Assembly: GCA_965219955.1 (NCBI GenBank)
Contig: OZ244799.1
Span: forward strand, 736,001-800,000
Length of the DNA stretch: 64,000 nucleotides
Reading direction: 5' to 3'
From: a bacterium
GTDB lineage: Bacteria > UBA8248
The first letter of the stretch is position 1, and every line of letters begins with the position of its first letter. This document shows positions 27,813 to 38,595 of this stretch, in pieces. Below the pieces are notes generated by a model. That model was not told where the DNA came from. It did no database searches and saw only the letters and a program-made list of their open reading frames with translations. The position numbers and the translations under genes are program-made.

Positions 27813-28055
27813 CGCAGACTCCAGAGCGGCTAATGGGTTCAGGAATTGTAGAATAATTATTGAAGCTGTCCAAAGCGCTTTCACGCCCGCTGCCTGGAAT
27901 GGTTCAAGCAGTGTGCGCCATCGCCTCGCCTCAATACGCAAGGTGATGTAAAACTTGGGGACGCCGCACATTTCCTGGAAAACGATTCGCCGGGTCAGGA
28001 AGCGCATTTGAAATTTCGCAGCGGCATCATTTGAACGGACAGAAGAGGGGGTTAC

Positions 28056-29207
28056 GTGGATTTCAGGCTCGAAGACTCGGACCGCCTGCTCCAGCAGACG
28101 GCGCGGGAGCTGGCTATAAGGGAGTTCGCAAGTGACGCCTTCTCCTATGCGCGGACGGGCGAGTACCCCCGGCGCTCCATGAAGGTGCTGGCCGAGCACG
28201 GCATGATGGGGATGACGGTGGCCGAACCCCACGGAGGGGGGCAATCGATTTTCGAGGCCTGCCTGGTGATGGAGGCGGTCTCCCAGGTATGCCCCCACAG
28301 CGGCGACGTGGTGCAGATGGGAAACATGGGCCCCATCCGCGTGATAGACGAACTTGGCTCCGCCGAACAAAAGGAGCGTTTTCTGCCCCCGATATGCCGG
28401 GGGGAGAAGATCGTCTCCATCAGCATGACGGAGCCCGACGCCGGTTCGGCCGCCACGGATTTACAGACCACGGCGGAATATGACGGCGAGAGCGTCCTCG
28501 TGAACGGCCGGAAATGCTTCAGCTCCAACGCGCCGCACGCGGATTTGTTTGTCGTCTACGTCCGCTTCGGCCCCAGGACGCGCGATTGCGGCGCCGTGGT
28601 GGTGGAGACGGGAACGCCCGGCTTCACGAAGGGGAAGACCGAGCACTACATGAGCGGGGAGGCGCACTGCGCGCTTCATTTCGAGAACGCGCGTATCCCC
28701 AGGGAGAACGTGCTGGTGGATGAGGAGGGTTTCCGGGTCCTCATGCCCGTGTTCAACGTGGAGCGGCTCGGGAACGCTACGCGCTGTCTGGCCCTGGCGC
28801 AGGCGGCTTACGACATGACTGTCGCCCACACCGGCGAGAGGCGCCAGTTCGACCGTCCCCTGTGCGAGTTTCAGGGCGTGCAGTGGATGGTGGCGGACAT
28901 GCGGGTGAAGCTCGAGGCGGCGCGCCTGCTGCTCTACCGCGCGCTCTCGAACGCGCGCGCGGGCCTGCCCTCGGCGGTGGAGACGACGAGCGCCAAGCTC
29001 TACTGCAACGAGATGGCTCGCCTGGTGGCCGACGACGCGATTCAGCTTCACGGCGGGTACGGCTTTTCCACCGAGATGCCGCTCGAGTTCCTCTACCGCA
29101 AGATTCGCGGGTGGTCCATCGCGGGCGGCTCCACCGAGATGCTGAGAAACCGCCTGGCCTCCCTGATCTACGAGCGCCCCTTCAGCCAGCGCCCGCCAAA
29201 AGCGTAG
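28056..29207 (+). CDS. Acyl-CoA dehydrogenase family protein
   Basis: MTEPDAGS, NGRKCF, RRQFDRPLCEFQGVQW and AIQLHGGYG. Confidence 0.9.
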   Translation: MDFRLEDSDRLLQQTARELAIREFASDAFSYARTGEYPRRSMKVLAEHGMMGMTVAEPHGGGQSIFEACLVMEAVSQVCPHSGDVVQMGNMGPIRVIDELGSAEQKERFLPPICRGEKIVSISMTEPDAGSAATDLQTTAEYDGESVLVNGRKCFSSNAPHADLFVVYVRFGPRTRDCGAVVVETGTPGFTKGKTEHYMSGEAHCALHFENARIPRENVLVDEEGFRVLMPVFNVERLGNATRCLALAQAAYDMTVAHTGERRQFDRPLCEFQGVQWMVADMRVKLEAARLLLYRALSNARAGLPSAVETTSAKLYCNEMARLVADDAIQLHGGYGFSTEMPLEFLYRKIRGWSIAGGSTEMLRNRLASLIYERPFSQRPPKA

Positions 29208-29244
29208 TTTTCCTCAGCATGAATTTTTGGGGATTCGCCTGATC

Positions 29245-31356
29245 ATGAAACGCCCCACCGCCGAGAGCCTCGAGAAACTTCTCAAACCTGAGTCGGTAGC
29301 CGTGGTCGGAGCGTCGGCGAACCTCGAGCAATTCAACGGCCGCGTGGTGAAGAACCTGCTGCGCCACGGCTATGGGGGCAGGGTCTATCCCGTGAACCCC
29401 AAATACGAGGAAGTGGCCGGGCTGCGCTGCCGGCCGAGGCTCGGTGCGCTTCCCGAAGCGCCGGACGTCGCCTTCATCACCGTGGGGAAAGAGCGCGTGG
29501 CTGGTGTTTTGGCCGAGTGCGCCGATGCGGGAATAGGCGCGGCCATCATCTACACCGGCGGTTTTTCAGAAGCCGATGAGGCGGGCGCACGGCTGGAAGC
29601 CGAAATCCGGCGCATCGCCCGAGATGCCGGCATCCGCGTCTGCGGGCCGAACACGGCGGGCGTGCACGATTTTCATCACAACTTTCACCTGGCGGGCCTG
29701 ATCGCGCTCGACGTGGAGGAGATGCTGCCGGGCGGCGTCGGGGTGGTCTGCCAGAGCGGGAGCATCGGAGGCGCATTGCTCTCACGCGCGACGCAGCGCG
29801 GGGTCGGGTTCAGCCATCTCATCTCCTGCGGCAACGAGATGGACCTGGAAGTTTCGGATTATCTCGACTACCTCATCGACGACCCCCACACCCGGGCGGT
29901 CGCGGTCTATCTCGAAGGGGTGCGCGACGGGGAGAAGTTCAAAAAAGTCCTCCAGAAAGCCCTGCAGCGGGAGAAGCCCGTGGTCGTCCTGAAAGTGGGG
30001 GAAGCAAGCGAGGGCGCGCGCGCGGCCCTGAGCCATACAGGCGCCATGGTGGGCGAGGAGGGGGTGTATGAGGCGCTGTTCCGGAGGTGGGGCGTCACGC
30101 GGGTGGATGACCTGGAAGCGCTTTTCGAAGTCGCCCACATGTTCTGCGTCTCGGCGCTTCCCGAAGGAGATAGAGTGGGCGTCGTCACGACGACGGGCGG
30201 GGCCGGCGCCTTGATGGCCGACAAGTGCGGCGCCTTGGGCTTGGAGGTCGCCGATGCGGATGACGCCCTCAGGGTCCGGATGAAGCAGAAACACCCCGCC
30301 TTCGGGCGGATAGAGAATCCCCTCGACACCACCATCGCCGATATTCACCTGTATTCTGATTTTCTCGAATCTTTTCTCGATAGCGGCTGCTTCGACGCGG
30401 TGATCCCCATCGTGGGCTCGAGCGCGCAGTTTCGGCCCGAGATAGGGGTCGAGCCCATCGTGCGCTTGAAGCGGAAAAGCCCCGGCGTTCCCATGCTGGC
30501 CTATTTCAATCCCCATGCGGAAGATGCGCACAGGCTCCTGGCGAAGGAAGGAATCGCCTCTTTTCAATCCATCTCGGGCTGCGCCCGCGCGGCGGCGGCT
30601 CTGGTTCGGTATGCGAGAGTTTTGAAAAGAGAGAAAAAAACAGCATCGCGCCCTGCGTCTCAAGCGCCGTCCCCCTCGATGGCGGAAAAACTATCGACGG
30701 CAGGCGCCCTGAATGAGGCGCAATCTCTGGCGCTCGTCCGTGAATTCGGCTTGCCCGTGGTGGCGCACCGGTTTTGCCGTTCGAAAGATGAAGCCCGAAG
30801 CGCGGCGCGCGATTGGCGCTTCCCGCTCGTTTTGAAGGGAGTTTCCTCGAAAATTCACCACAAGACGGAGCGGGGGCTGGTGAAAACGGGCCTCGACGAT
30901 GAGGCGGCTTTTGAGGCCGCGCTCGCGGAAATCTCAAGTTTGAGGGAGACGTGCGATCTGGAAGGCTATCTGCTTCAGGAGCAGGTCGAGGGCGGTGTGG
31001 AATTCCTGCTCGGCGTGAAGCGAGACCCCCAGTTCGGCCCGGTAGTGACGATTGGCCTGGGCGGGAGGGATGTGGAATTGCTTGGCGACGTGAGCACCCG
31101 CGTCGCTCCGCTCACCCTCGATGACGCCTTTGAGATGATGGATGAACTCAAGTGCAGGAAGATATTCGAGGCTCACCGGGGGCGCGGGCCGCTGGATGCG
31201 GAAGCTCTCGCCGAGGCCATTTGCCTTCTGGGTGATGCCGCTTTCGCCTGTCGCGGGCAGATTGAGGAGATGGATTTGAACCCCGTTTTTCTGCGCGAGC
31301 AGGGTGGGGGATGCCTGGTGGCGGATGCGCTCATCATCACGGTAAATGATACCTGA
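29245..31356 (+). CDS. ADP-forming acetate/acyl-CoA ligase (fused alpha-beta)
   Basis: PESVAVVGAS, CQSGSIG, ALSHTG, ENPLD, HKTERG and MDLNP. Confidence 0.9.
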   Translation: MKRPTAESLEKLLKPESVAVVGASANLEQFNGRVVKNLLRHGYGGRVYPVNPKYEEVAGLRCRPRLGALPEAPDVAFITVGKERVAGVLAECADAGIGAAIIYTGGFSEADEAGARLEAEIRRIARDAGIRVCGPNTAGVHDFHHNFHLAGLIALDVEEMLPGGVGVVCQSGSIGGALLSRATQRGVGFSHLISCGNEMDLEVSDYLDYLIDDPHTRAVAVYLEGVRDGEKFKKVLQKALQREKPVVVLKVGEASEGARAALSHTGAMVGEEGVYEALFRRWGVTRVDDLEALFEVAHMFCVSALPEGDRVGVVTTTGGAGALMADKCGALGLEVADADDALRVRMKQKHPAFGRIENPLDTTIADIHLYSDFLESFLDSGCFDAVIPIVGSSAQFRPEIGVEPIVRLKRKSPGVPMLAYFNPHAEDAHRLLAKEGIASFQSISGCARAAAALVRYARVLKREKKTASRPASQAPSPSMAEKLSTAGALNEAQSLALVREFGLPVVAHRFCRSKDEARSAARDWRFPLVLKGVSSKIHHKTERGLVKTGLDDEAAFEAALAEISSLRETCDLEGYLLQEQVEGGVEFLLGVKRDPQFGPVVTIGLGGRDVELLGDVSTRVAPLTLDDAFEMMDELKCRKIFEAHRGRGPLDAEALAEAICLLGDAAFACRGQIEEMDLNPVFLREQGGGCLVADALIITVNDT

Positions 31357-31399
31357 TACGAATCAACACGCCTCGCTTTGCGGCAGAAGAAGGCTGCCC

Positions 31400-31920
31400 C
31401 TGTAGGGGCGCTGATGAAAAAGCCCCTGACTAACGAGGGTTCGACGCGTCCGCGGAGGAAGGGTTTGCCGCGGTGGGATTGTAGGGGCGGTTCGCGAACC
31501 CCGGACAGGCGTAGGGGCCTGTCCGGCTACGGGCGAACGCGCTTTTGTTCGTCATTCCGGCAATCAATGCCGACCGAGGAGGGAGGGATTGCCCGGAATC
31601 CATTTGTTTTGCCTTTGTTTTTTTCTTGTTGGTACCCCGCCAATGACGGGGAGATAAAAAGCAGGCGTATTGTCATTCCACTTGAAAATGGATTCCGGCT
31701 TACGCCGGAATGACGGCGGTGGCCAATTCCGATCAAGGGGGACTTTTTCAACAAACCCTTTACAGGGGGGCAAGAAAAATCAAAACCCCCCTCAGCCCGG
31801 CGAGGGCGCATCGCTTTTTTTACCCCCCTGTCAAGGGGGGGTAGGGGGGGGTGGTTTTCAGGGCGAGAGGAGCGTCCCCTCTGCCCCCTGAAAAAGGGTC
31901 TTTTTCAACGGCCCCCTATA
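31400..31920. repeat. Composite repeat cluster; 31458-31717 duplicated at 50878-51115
   Basis: REP plus GTCATTCCGG...CCGGAATGAC inverted element and TIR ends. Confidence 0.85.
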
Positions 31921-32044
31921 GGCCGAAAATCGCCGATTGACTTTGCAGTCAACAAGATTTAGTGTTCTCCATACCTTGGGCCCACAAGGAATCAAAAGAC
32001 ATTTTTCAGGGTTTTTCCGGCTGGTTTTGTAAGGATGGGGGTCT

Positions 32045-33034
32045 TTGAGCGCGCTTCTTGAAATCGAAGACTTGAGAACGCATTTTTTCACCACCTCCGG
32101 CGTCGTCAAGGCGGTCAACGGCATCTCCTACGACGTTCAGGAAGGCGAGACGGTGGCGATAGTCGGCGAGTCGGGCTGCGGCAAGTCCGTCAGCGCGCTC
32201 TCCGTTCTCGGCCTCATCCCGAATCCGCCCGGCCGCATCGTCGGGGGAGCGATACGCTTTCTGGGCGATGACCTGATTGGGCTGGACGATCTCCAGATCA
32301 GGGACATCCGGGGCCGCCAGATCGGTATGATCTTCCAGGAACCCATGACTTCCCTGAACCCCGTCCTGACCATCGGGTTGCAGCTCACCGAGACGATGGA
32401 GCACCACCTCGGCATGGACAGGGCCGATGCGGAGAAAAAGGCGGTCGAATACCTGCGCCTCGTGGGCATCTCCGAGCCCGAGCGGCGCATCCGGCAATAC
32501 CCCCACCACCTGAGCGGCGGCATGCGCCAAAGGGTGATGATCGCCATGGCGCTTTGCTGCGAGCCCAAGCTCATCATCGCCGATGAGCCGACGACGGCCC
32601 TCGACGTGACCATCCAGGCCCAGATTCTGGAGTTGATGAAAAACCTCACGAAACGCATGGGCGTGGCTCTCATCATCATCACGCACAACCTGGGCGTTGT
32701 GGCCCGGTATGCGGACCGCGTGAACGTCATGTACGCCGGAAAAATCATCGAACGCGGCCTGGCGGCGGACATCTACCGCGAACCCAGGCATCCATACACC
32801 CTGGGGCTGCTGAGTTCCGTGCCGAGGCTCGATCAGCCCAGGCAAAAGCGCCTGGACCCCATCGACGGCCAGCCGCCCGACCTCACGCGCCTGGGGCACG
32901 GGTGCTCTTTTCTGCCGAGGTGCAAGTTCGCGGTGGATAAGTGCGCGAGTGAGGTTCCGCCGCTCGAAACTGTAGGCAACGGCCATCTCTCCGCTTGCTG
33001 GGAACAGGAAAACCTCGAAACGGCGAGAGGATGA
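32045..33034 (+). CDS. Peptide/nickel ABC transporter ATPase (OppD/DppD-like)
   Basis: [25 protein letters not shown] and HPYT. Confidence 0.92.
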   Translation: MSALLEIEDLRTHFFTTSGVVKAVNGISYDVQEGETVAIVGESGCGKSVSALSVLGLIPNPPGRIVGGAIRFLGDDLIGLDDLQIRDIRGRQIGMIFQEPMTSLNPVLTIGLQLTETMEHHLGMDRADAEKKAVEYLRLVGISEPERRIRQYPHHLSGGMRQRVMIAMALCCEPKLIIADEPTTALDVTIQAQILELMKNLTKRMGVALIIITHNLGVVARYADRVNVMYAGKIIERGLAADIYREPRHPYTLGLLSSVPRLDQPRQKRLDPIDGQPPDLTRLGHGCSFLPRCKFAVDKCASEVPPLETVGNGHLSACWEQENLETARG

Positions 33035-33038
33035 GCGA

Positions 33039-34073
33039 ATGACCCCCGGCGCATCCGCACTCGAAAGTGACGCTCGACTCTCCCGAAATGGAGAGCTTGG
33101 CGACGTGCTCGTGGACGTCAAGGGCCTCAAGATGCACTTCCCCATCACCGAGGGCATCGTTTTCAACAAGCTCGTCGGCCTCGTGAAGGCGGTGGACGGG
33201 GTGGATTTCCGCATCAGGCGGGGCGAAACGCTCGGCCTCGTGGGCGAGAGCGGCTGCGGGAAGACGACGACGGGCAGGTGCATCCTCCAGCTCGAACGCC
33301 CCACGGAGGGCGAGATATTCTTCGAGGGGGTGGACCTGACGAAACTCGATCAGGTGGCGCTGCGCGAGTACCGGCAGAAAATCCAGGTCATCTTCCAGGA
33401 TCCCTACAGCTCGCTGAATCCGCGCATGAAGATCGGCGAGATGATTGACGAGCCCATGTACGTCCACGGCATCGAACCCGACGCGCAGAAGAGGAAGCAA
33501 AGAGTCAGCGAACTGCTCAGCGTCTGCGGACTCAACCCCAAGATGGCCGACAGATACCCCCACGAGATGAGCGGCGGGCAGCGCCAGCGCGTGGGAATCG
33601 CCCGCGCCCTGAGCCTCGAGCCCGAGTTCATCATCTGCGATGAACCCGTCTCGGCGCTCGACGTGTCGATTCAGGCGCAAATCATCAATTTGCTCGAAGA
33701 TTTGAGAGAGGAATATAATCTCACTTACCTGTTCATCGCGCACGATTTGAGCGTGGTGAGACACCTTTGCCACCGCGTGGCGGTGATGTATCTGGGCCGG
33801 ATCGTGGAGTTGGCGGATTGCGACGAGTTGTACGACAATCCCATGCACCCCTATACGCGGGCGCTGCTTTCCGCCGTTCCGGTGCCGGACCCGGAAATCG
33901 AGCAGAACCGTGACATCAGTTTCGTCGCGGGTGAAGTGCCCAGCCCGATCAATCCGCCATCGGGCTGCGTGTTCCATCCCCGGTGCCCGATCGCCGTGGA
34001 GAATTGCTCGAAAGAAGTGCCCGCGTTACGAGAGCTGAAACCGGGCCATTGGGTGGCCTGTACGGAAGTCTGA
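33039..34073 (+). CDS. Peptide/nickel ABC transporter ATPase (OppF/DppF-like)
   Basis: [25 protein letters not shown] and SPINPPSGC. Confidence 0.92.
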   Translation: MTPGASALESDARLSRNGELGDVLVDVKGLKMHFPITEGIVFNKLVGLVKAVDGVDFRIRRGETLGLVGESGCGKTTTGRCILQLERPTEGEIFFEGVDLTKLDQVALREYRQKIQVIFQDPYSSLNPRMKIGEMIDEPMYVHGIEPDAQKRKQRVSELLSVCGLNPKMADRYPHEMSGGQRQRVGIARALSLEPEFIICDEPVSALDVSIQAQIINLLEDLREEYNLTYLFIAHDLSVVRHLCHRVAVMYLGRIVELADCDELYDNPMHPYTRALLSAVPVPDPEIEQNRDISFVAGEVPSPINPPSGCVFHPRCPIAVENCSKEVPALRELKPGHWVACTEV

Positions 34074-34156
34074 AATTTTTTGCATTTGTAGTTTCGTTCG
34101 TTTTTGATTTGCGGTGCAGGAATTTTTCACCCCAGGAACATGAAAGGAGATTTCAC

Positions 34157-35776
34157 ATGAGAAACACCCGAATGAAAACCCTGCTGATTGCGGCGGTGGT
34201 GTTCGCCGTGGCGCTGTGGAGCTTTGCTCCCGCCGGGGCGGCCCCCAAGAAGGGCGGCACGCTCAAGTTCGTCGTCGGCAGCAAGATTCCCTCCTACGAC
34301 GGCCACATCGAATCCACCTTCGGGATGATTCACCCGATTCGCCCCTTCTACAGCCTGCTGATTCGCGTGAATCCCGATAACCCCGCATCGCCGACGGATT
34401 TCGTCTGCGACGTGTGCGAGGGCGGGATTCCGGCGCCGACCGAAGGGCATACGAAGTACACCTTCAAAATCCGCGGCGACATCTCGTTCCACAACGGCCA
34501 GAAACTCACCTCGGCGGACGTGAAGGCGACGTATGACAAGATCATCAGCCCGCCGAAGGGCATCGAGAGCAACCGCAAGGCGTTTTTCAGCATGGTGGAA
34601 TCCGTCACCGCGCCGGACCCGAAGACGCTGGTGTTCAAGCTGAAATACCCCACGGGCGCCTTCGTGCCTGCGCTCGCGCTGCCCTACAACTTCATCTACT
34701 CGAAGGCCGACCTCGATAAGCACGGCTACAAATGGCACCAGAAGAACGTGAACGGCACGGGCGCCTTCCGCTTCGTGCAGCACCAGCCGGGCGCGTTCGT
34801 CGAGGGCAAGCGGTACGATAAATACCACCACAAGGGCAAGCCCCACCTCGACGGCTTCCGGGCGATCTCCGCGCCCAAGATGGCCATTCGCCTCCAGGCC
34901 ATCCGCGGCGACCGCGCGGCCATCGAATTCCGCGGATTCCCGCCCAAGGCGCGCGACGACCTGAAGAAGGCGCTGGGCGACAAACTCACCGTCCAGGAGA
35001 GCGACTGGAACTGCAACCTCATGGTGACGCCCAACCACAAGCGCAAGCCTTTCGACGACGCGCGCGTGCGCCGGGCGCTGACGCTGGCGATCGACCGCTG
35101 GGGCGGCTCCAAGTACCTCTCGCGCATCGCCATCGTGAAGACCGTGGGCGGCGTGGTTTTCCCCAAACACCCCCTCGCGGCCACGAAAGAGGAATTGACG
35201 AAGATCGCGGGCTACTGGCCGGACATCAACAAATCCCGCGCCGAGGCCAAGAGGCTCCTCAAGGAAGCCGGCTACCCGAACGGCTTCGAGTTCACCCTGC
35301 ACAACCGGGGCGTGGATCAGCCCTACAAGGTCGTGGGCACCTGGGTCATCGACCAGTGGCGGAAGATCGGACTCAAGGTCAAGCAGTGGGTGCAGCCCTC
35401 GGGGCCCTTCTACGCCACGCTCAGAAAGAAGAAGAACTTCGACGTGTCCATCGACTTCAACTGTCAGTCGGTCATCAACCCGCTGGTGGACGTTTCGAAA
35501 TTCATCTCCGACGACAAGGCGGGCAACCAGCACGCGCAGTACCAGGACCGCCAGCTCGACAAGTGGTTCGAAGAGATGAACAAAGAGCCCGACGTGAAGA
35601 AGCAGCGCGCCCTCATGCGCAAGTATGAAAAGCGCGCGCTCGACGAGATGGCGCACCAGTTCGTGACGCTCTGGTGGTACAAGATCAACCCCCACCGCAG
35701 CTACGTGAAGGGTTGGAAGATCGCGCCGAGCCACTACCTGAACCAGCATCTGGACAACGTCTGGATCGACAAATAG
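34157..35776 (+). CDS. ABC transporter substrate-binding protein, family 5
   Basis: Signal peptide, PKKGGTL, FHNGQKLTSADV and PFDDARVRRAL; ATG 34157 after AAAGGAG. Confidence 0.9.
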   Translation: MRNTRMKTLLIAAVVFAVALWSFAPAGAAPKKGGTLKFVVGSKIPSYDGHIESTFGMIHPIRPFYSLLIRVNPDNPASPTDFVCDVCEGGIPAPTEGHTKYTFKIRGDISFHNGQKLTSADVKATYDKIISPPKGIESNRKAFFSMVESVTAPDPKTLVFKLKYPTGAFVPALALPYNFIYSKADLDKHGYKWHQKNVNGTGAFRFVQHQPGAFVEGKRYDKYHHKGKPHLDGFRAISAPKMAIRLQAIRGDRAAIEFRGFPPKARDDLKKALGDKLTVQESDWNCNLMVTPNHKRKPFDDARVRRALTLAIDRWGGSKYLSRIAIVKTVGGVVFPKHPLAATKEELTKIAGYWPDINKSRAEAKRLLKEAGYPNGFEFTLHNRGVDQPYKVVGTWVIDQWRKIGLKVKQWVQPSGPFYATLRKKKNFDVSIDFNCQSVINPLVDVSKFISDDKAGNQHAQYQDRQLDKWFEEMNKEPDVKKQRALMRKYEKRALDEMAHQFVTLWWYKINPHRSYVKGWKIAPSHYLNQHLDNVWIDK

Positions 35777-35883
35777 GCCGCACCGCCTCCCCCGCCGTCC
35801 GCTTGCCGGGCGGCGGGGGAGGGCGCTTCCTGGAGTTCCGGCTTCGGGAGTCGCGCATCGCGTGAAGCGCAAGGACGCACGAA

Positions 35884-36855
35884 GTGTACAAATACACGAT
35901 CAAGAGAATCCTGCTGATGTTCCCCACGCTCCTGGGCGCGGCGGTGCTGGTGTTCTTCATGCTGCGCCTGATACCCGGCGACGTGTGCGAGCTCCGCATG
36001 GCCGGCACGGGCATGTACGTGGACAAGGAAGCGATAGCGACGTGCCAGCAGAACCTGGGGATTGACGCGCCCATCTACGTGCAGTTCATCGATTTCATCA
36101 CCGGGTTCTTCACGTTCGATCTGGGCAATTCCATGTGGACGGGCAAGCCGATACTGCATGAGATCGGCCTGCGCTTCGAACTCTCGCTGCAGGTCGCCAT
36201 CATGGCGACGCTCACGGCCACCATCATCGCCATTCCGCTGGGCACGATCTCCGCCATCAAGCAGGACACCTGGATCGACTACGTCGTGCGCTCGTTCAGC
36301 ATCGCGGGCATCGCCATGCCTTCGTTCTGGCTGGGCATCCTGATCATCCTCGGTCTCTTGATCATGACGCAGAAATTCTTCGGCAACCCCTGGATGCCGC
36401 CGATTCACTACACCCCGATATGGGAAGACCCGGTGGCCAACCTCTCCCAACTCATCTGGCCGGCCGTCGCGACGGGCTATCGGTATTCAGCCGTCGCCAC
36501 GCGCATGACGCGCTCCGCTCTCTTAGAGGTTTTACGCGAGGATTACGTTCGCACCGCCCGCGCCAAGGGGCTGCTTGAAAAACTCATCATCAACCGCCAT
36601 GCGCTCAAGAATTCGCTCCTGCCCGTGGCGACGATTATCGGCCTGGAATTCGCCTTCCTGATGGGCGGGCTGGTGGTGACGGAGCAGGTCTTCAACCTGA
36701 ACGGCCTGGGGAAACTCTTCGTCGAGTCGGTGTCGAACCACGACTACACCATGACGCAATCCCTCGTCATGCTCGTGGCCGTCGTCTTCATCTTTACGAA
36801 CCTGTTCATCGACATCCTCTATGCGTGGCTCGACCCGCGCATTCGGTACAGCTAG
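35884..36855 (+). CDS. ABC transporter permease (OppB/DppB-like)
   Basis: EDYVRTARAKGL and DPRIRY. Confidence 0.92.
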   Translation: MYKYTIKRILLMFPTLLGAAVLVFFMLRLIPGDVCELRMAGTGMYVDKEAIATCQQNLGIDAPIYVQFIDFITGFFTFDLGNSMWTGKPILHEIGLRFELSLQVAIMATLTATIIAIPLGTISAIKQDTWIDYVVRSFSIAGIAMPSFWLGILIILGLLIMTQKFFGNPWMPPIHYTPIWEDPVANLSQLIWPAVATGYRYSAVATRMTRSALLEVLREDYVRTARAKGLLEKLIINRHALKNSLLPVATIIGLEFAFLMGGLVVTEQVFNLNGLGKLFVESVSNHDYTMTQSLVMLVAVVFIFTNLFIDILYAWLDPRIRYS

Positions 36856-36866
36856 GAGGTTTTCGG

Positions 36867-37769
36867 ATGGCGTCTCCAGGCGACCTCGCCGTCTCCGAGA
36901 TGGATTTCGACGCGCTACCGGAGCGTTCCTGGGTCGACAAGCTCAAGGATACGGCGCGGAAAAAACCGCTGGGCGCGGTGAGCGCGTGCGCCGTCTTCGT
37001 GATGATCCTGCTGGCCGCTTTCGCGAACGTGCTCACCTTCTACGACCCGGTGCAGAACGCCTTCGACAGCATGCACGTCGCCCCGGGCGCGGCCCACTGG
37101 TTCGGGACGGACCAGTTCGGGCGCGATATTTTCACGCGCATCGTCTTCGGCGCCAGAACGGCGCTGTTCGTGGGGTTTTCGGCCTCGATACTCGGTTCCT
37201 CCGCAGGCCTCATCCTCGGCGTGGGGAGTGCCTATTTCGGCGGGCGCTTCGACCTCATCTTCCAGCGCTTCATGGATATATTCATCTCGTTTCCGCTCAT
37301 CATCATGGCGCTCTCGGTGGTTTCCATCTTCGGCACGGGGACGCAGAACGTGATTCTGGCCATCACGATCCCGCTCATCCCCCGGTGCGCCCGCGTGGTG
37401 CGCTCGAGCGCGCTCGCGATTCGCGAGATTCCCTACGTGGACGCCGCGCGCGCCCTGGGCTTCGCGCACGTTCGCATCATCTTCCGGCACATGATCCCCA
37501 ACGTCATGGCCCCTTATCTCATCATGCTCACTTCGTTTCTCGGCCAGGCGATTCTGCTCGAAGCCTCGCTCTCCTACCTGGGACTCGGCGTACAGGAACC
37601 CACGCCCGCCTGGGGGCTGATGCTTCAGGGGGGCGCCGAGGAATACGCCGAGAGCGCGCCGTGGATTCCCGTTTTCCCCGGCCTCGCCATCACCGCCGCC
37701 GTCTTCGCCTTCAACCTCTTCGGCGACGCCGTACGCGACACGCTCGACCCCAGACTGCGCTCGGAATAA
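36867..37769 (+). CDS. ABC transporter permease (OppC/DppC-like)
   Basis: HWFGTDQFGRD, YVDAARALG and FNLFGDAVRDTLDPR. Confidence 0.92.
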   Translation: MASPGDLAVSEMDFDALPERSWVDKLKDTARKKPLGAVSACAVFVMILLAAFANVLTFYDPVQNAFDSMHVAPGAAHWFGTDQFGRDIFTRIVFGARTALFVGFSASILGSSAGLILGVGSAYFGGRFDLIFQRFMDIFISFPLIIMALSVVSIFGTGTQNVILAITIPLIPRCARVVRSSALAIREIPYVDAARALGFAHVRIIFRHMIPNVMAPYLIMLTSFLGQAILLEASLSYLGLGVQEPTPAWGLMLQGGAEEYAESAPWIPVFPGLAITAAVFAFNLFGDAVRDTLDPRLRSE

Positions 37770-37808
37770 TTTCGTACGGACCGGCTCTCGTTCCAAATGG
37801 CAGGGGAG

Positions 37809-38565
37809 GGGGCTGTTGAAAAAGTCCCGATGAACGAAGGGTGGCGAATTATGGCCGCGCTCGCCGCGGATGAAAATTTCAACCGTAGGGGCGTCGAACT
37901 TCCCAAAGAGGGAAGTTCGACCGTGCCCGCCCGTATCGGGAATGTCCATGCCCGTAAGAGGCCTCGGACAGGCACGGAGGCCTGTCCCTACGGCGAACAA
38001 TCTCGAAGGTCGGATAGGGGTTTTTCAATAACCCCTCGTCGGGGGGCGTCGCTTTTACCCCCCTGTGAAGGAGTTGTTGAATAAGCCCCGTATGCGTCCC
38101 TTGGAAACCGCCAACGTCTCTTTCCTCACCCTGAGTAGCCGCCGAAGGTAAAACGCGACTGAGAAAGGAGCGTTTGTATCGAAGGGCGAGGAACTCGCGC
38201 CGTGGCCAGAGGGCATTCTTCGATACGGCGCTTACGCGCCTACTCAGGATGAGGCGGTGCGGTTTTGATCGTCATTCCGGCGAAAGCCGGAATCCATTTG
38301 CGGATGTGGGTGAATACACAGCGGCGTTTCATTCCCCGCCGATGCGCAGGAACCCTGACGAAAGGCAAAAGGCGTAAAAATGGATTCCGGCTTTCGCCGG
38401 AATGACGGTGAACACTCTCGATTTTGGGGAGTCAGCAACTCCTTGGGGGGACTTTTTCAACAACCCCGTTAAGGGGGGTAGGGGGTGGTATTCCGGCGCC
38501 CCCTTCGACAGGCTCAGGGCAGGCTCTTGATACGGCCCTTGCGGGCCTACTCGGGATGAGGGTGT
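37809..38565. repeat. Composite repeat cluster; first unit (~37809-38035) is related to 60299-60530
   Basis: TIR ends, GTCATTCCGGCGAAAGCCGGAATCCA inverted pair (38271-38406) and CCTCACCCTGAG element. Confidence 0.85.
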
Positions 38566-38595
38566 TTTTCGTTTTCCTTACACTGAGGCGCCGCC

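Noticed and set aside
28056-29207. 3-sulfinopropionyl-CoA desulfinase
   Set aside because: The IAGGS C-terminal motif is similar, but a Glu is present in FNVER (isovaleryl-CoA-dehydrogenase-type catalytic position), so an ordinary dehydrogenase is more likely. The comparison is from memory.
34127-35872. Long antisense or alternate-frame ORFs (also 2638-4158, 24416-25624, 42395-43831)
   Set aside because: Shadows of GC-rich genes with strong codon bias; no family motifs or RBS.
37797-38084. Repeated small ORFs in intergenic clusters (e.g. also 60152-60550, 6263-6466)
   Set aside because: Translations of repeat modules (VGTGLRACP, GLLKK); no transposase or other domain signature.
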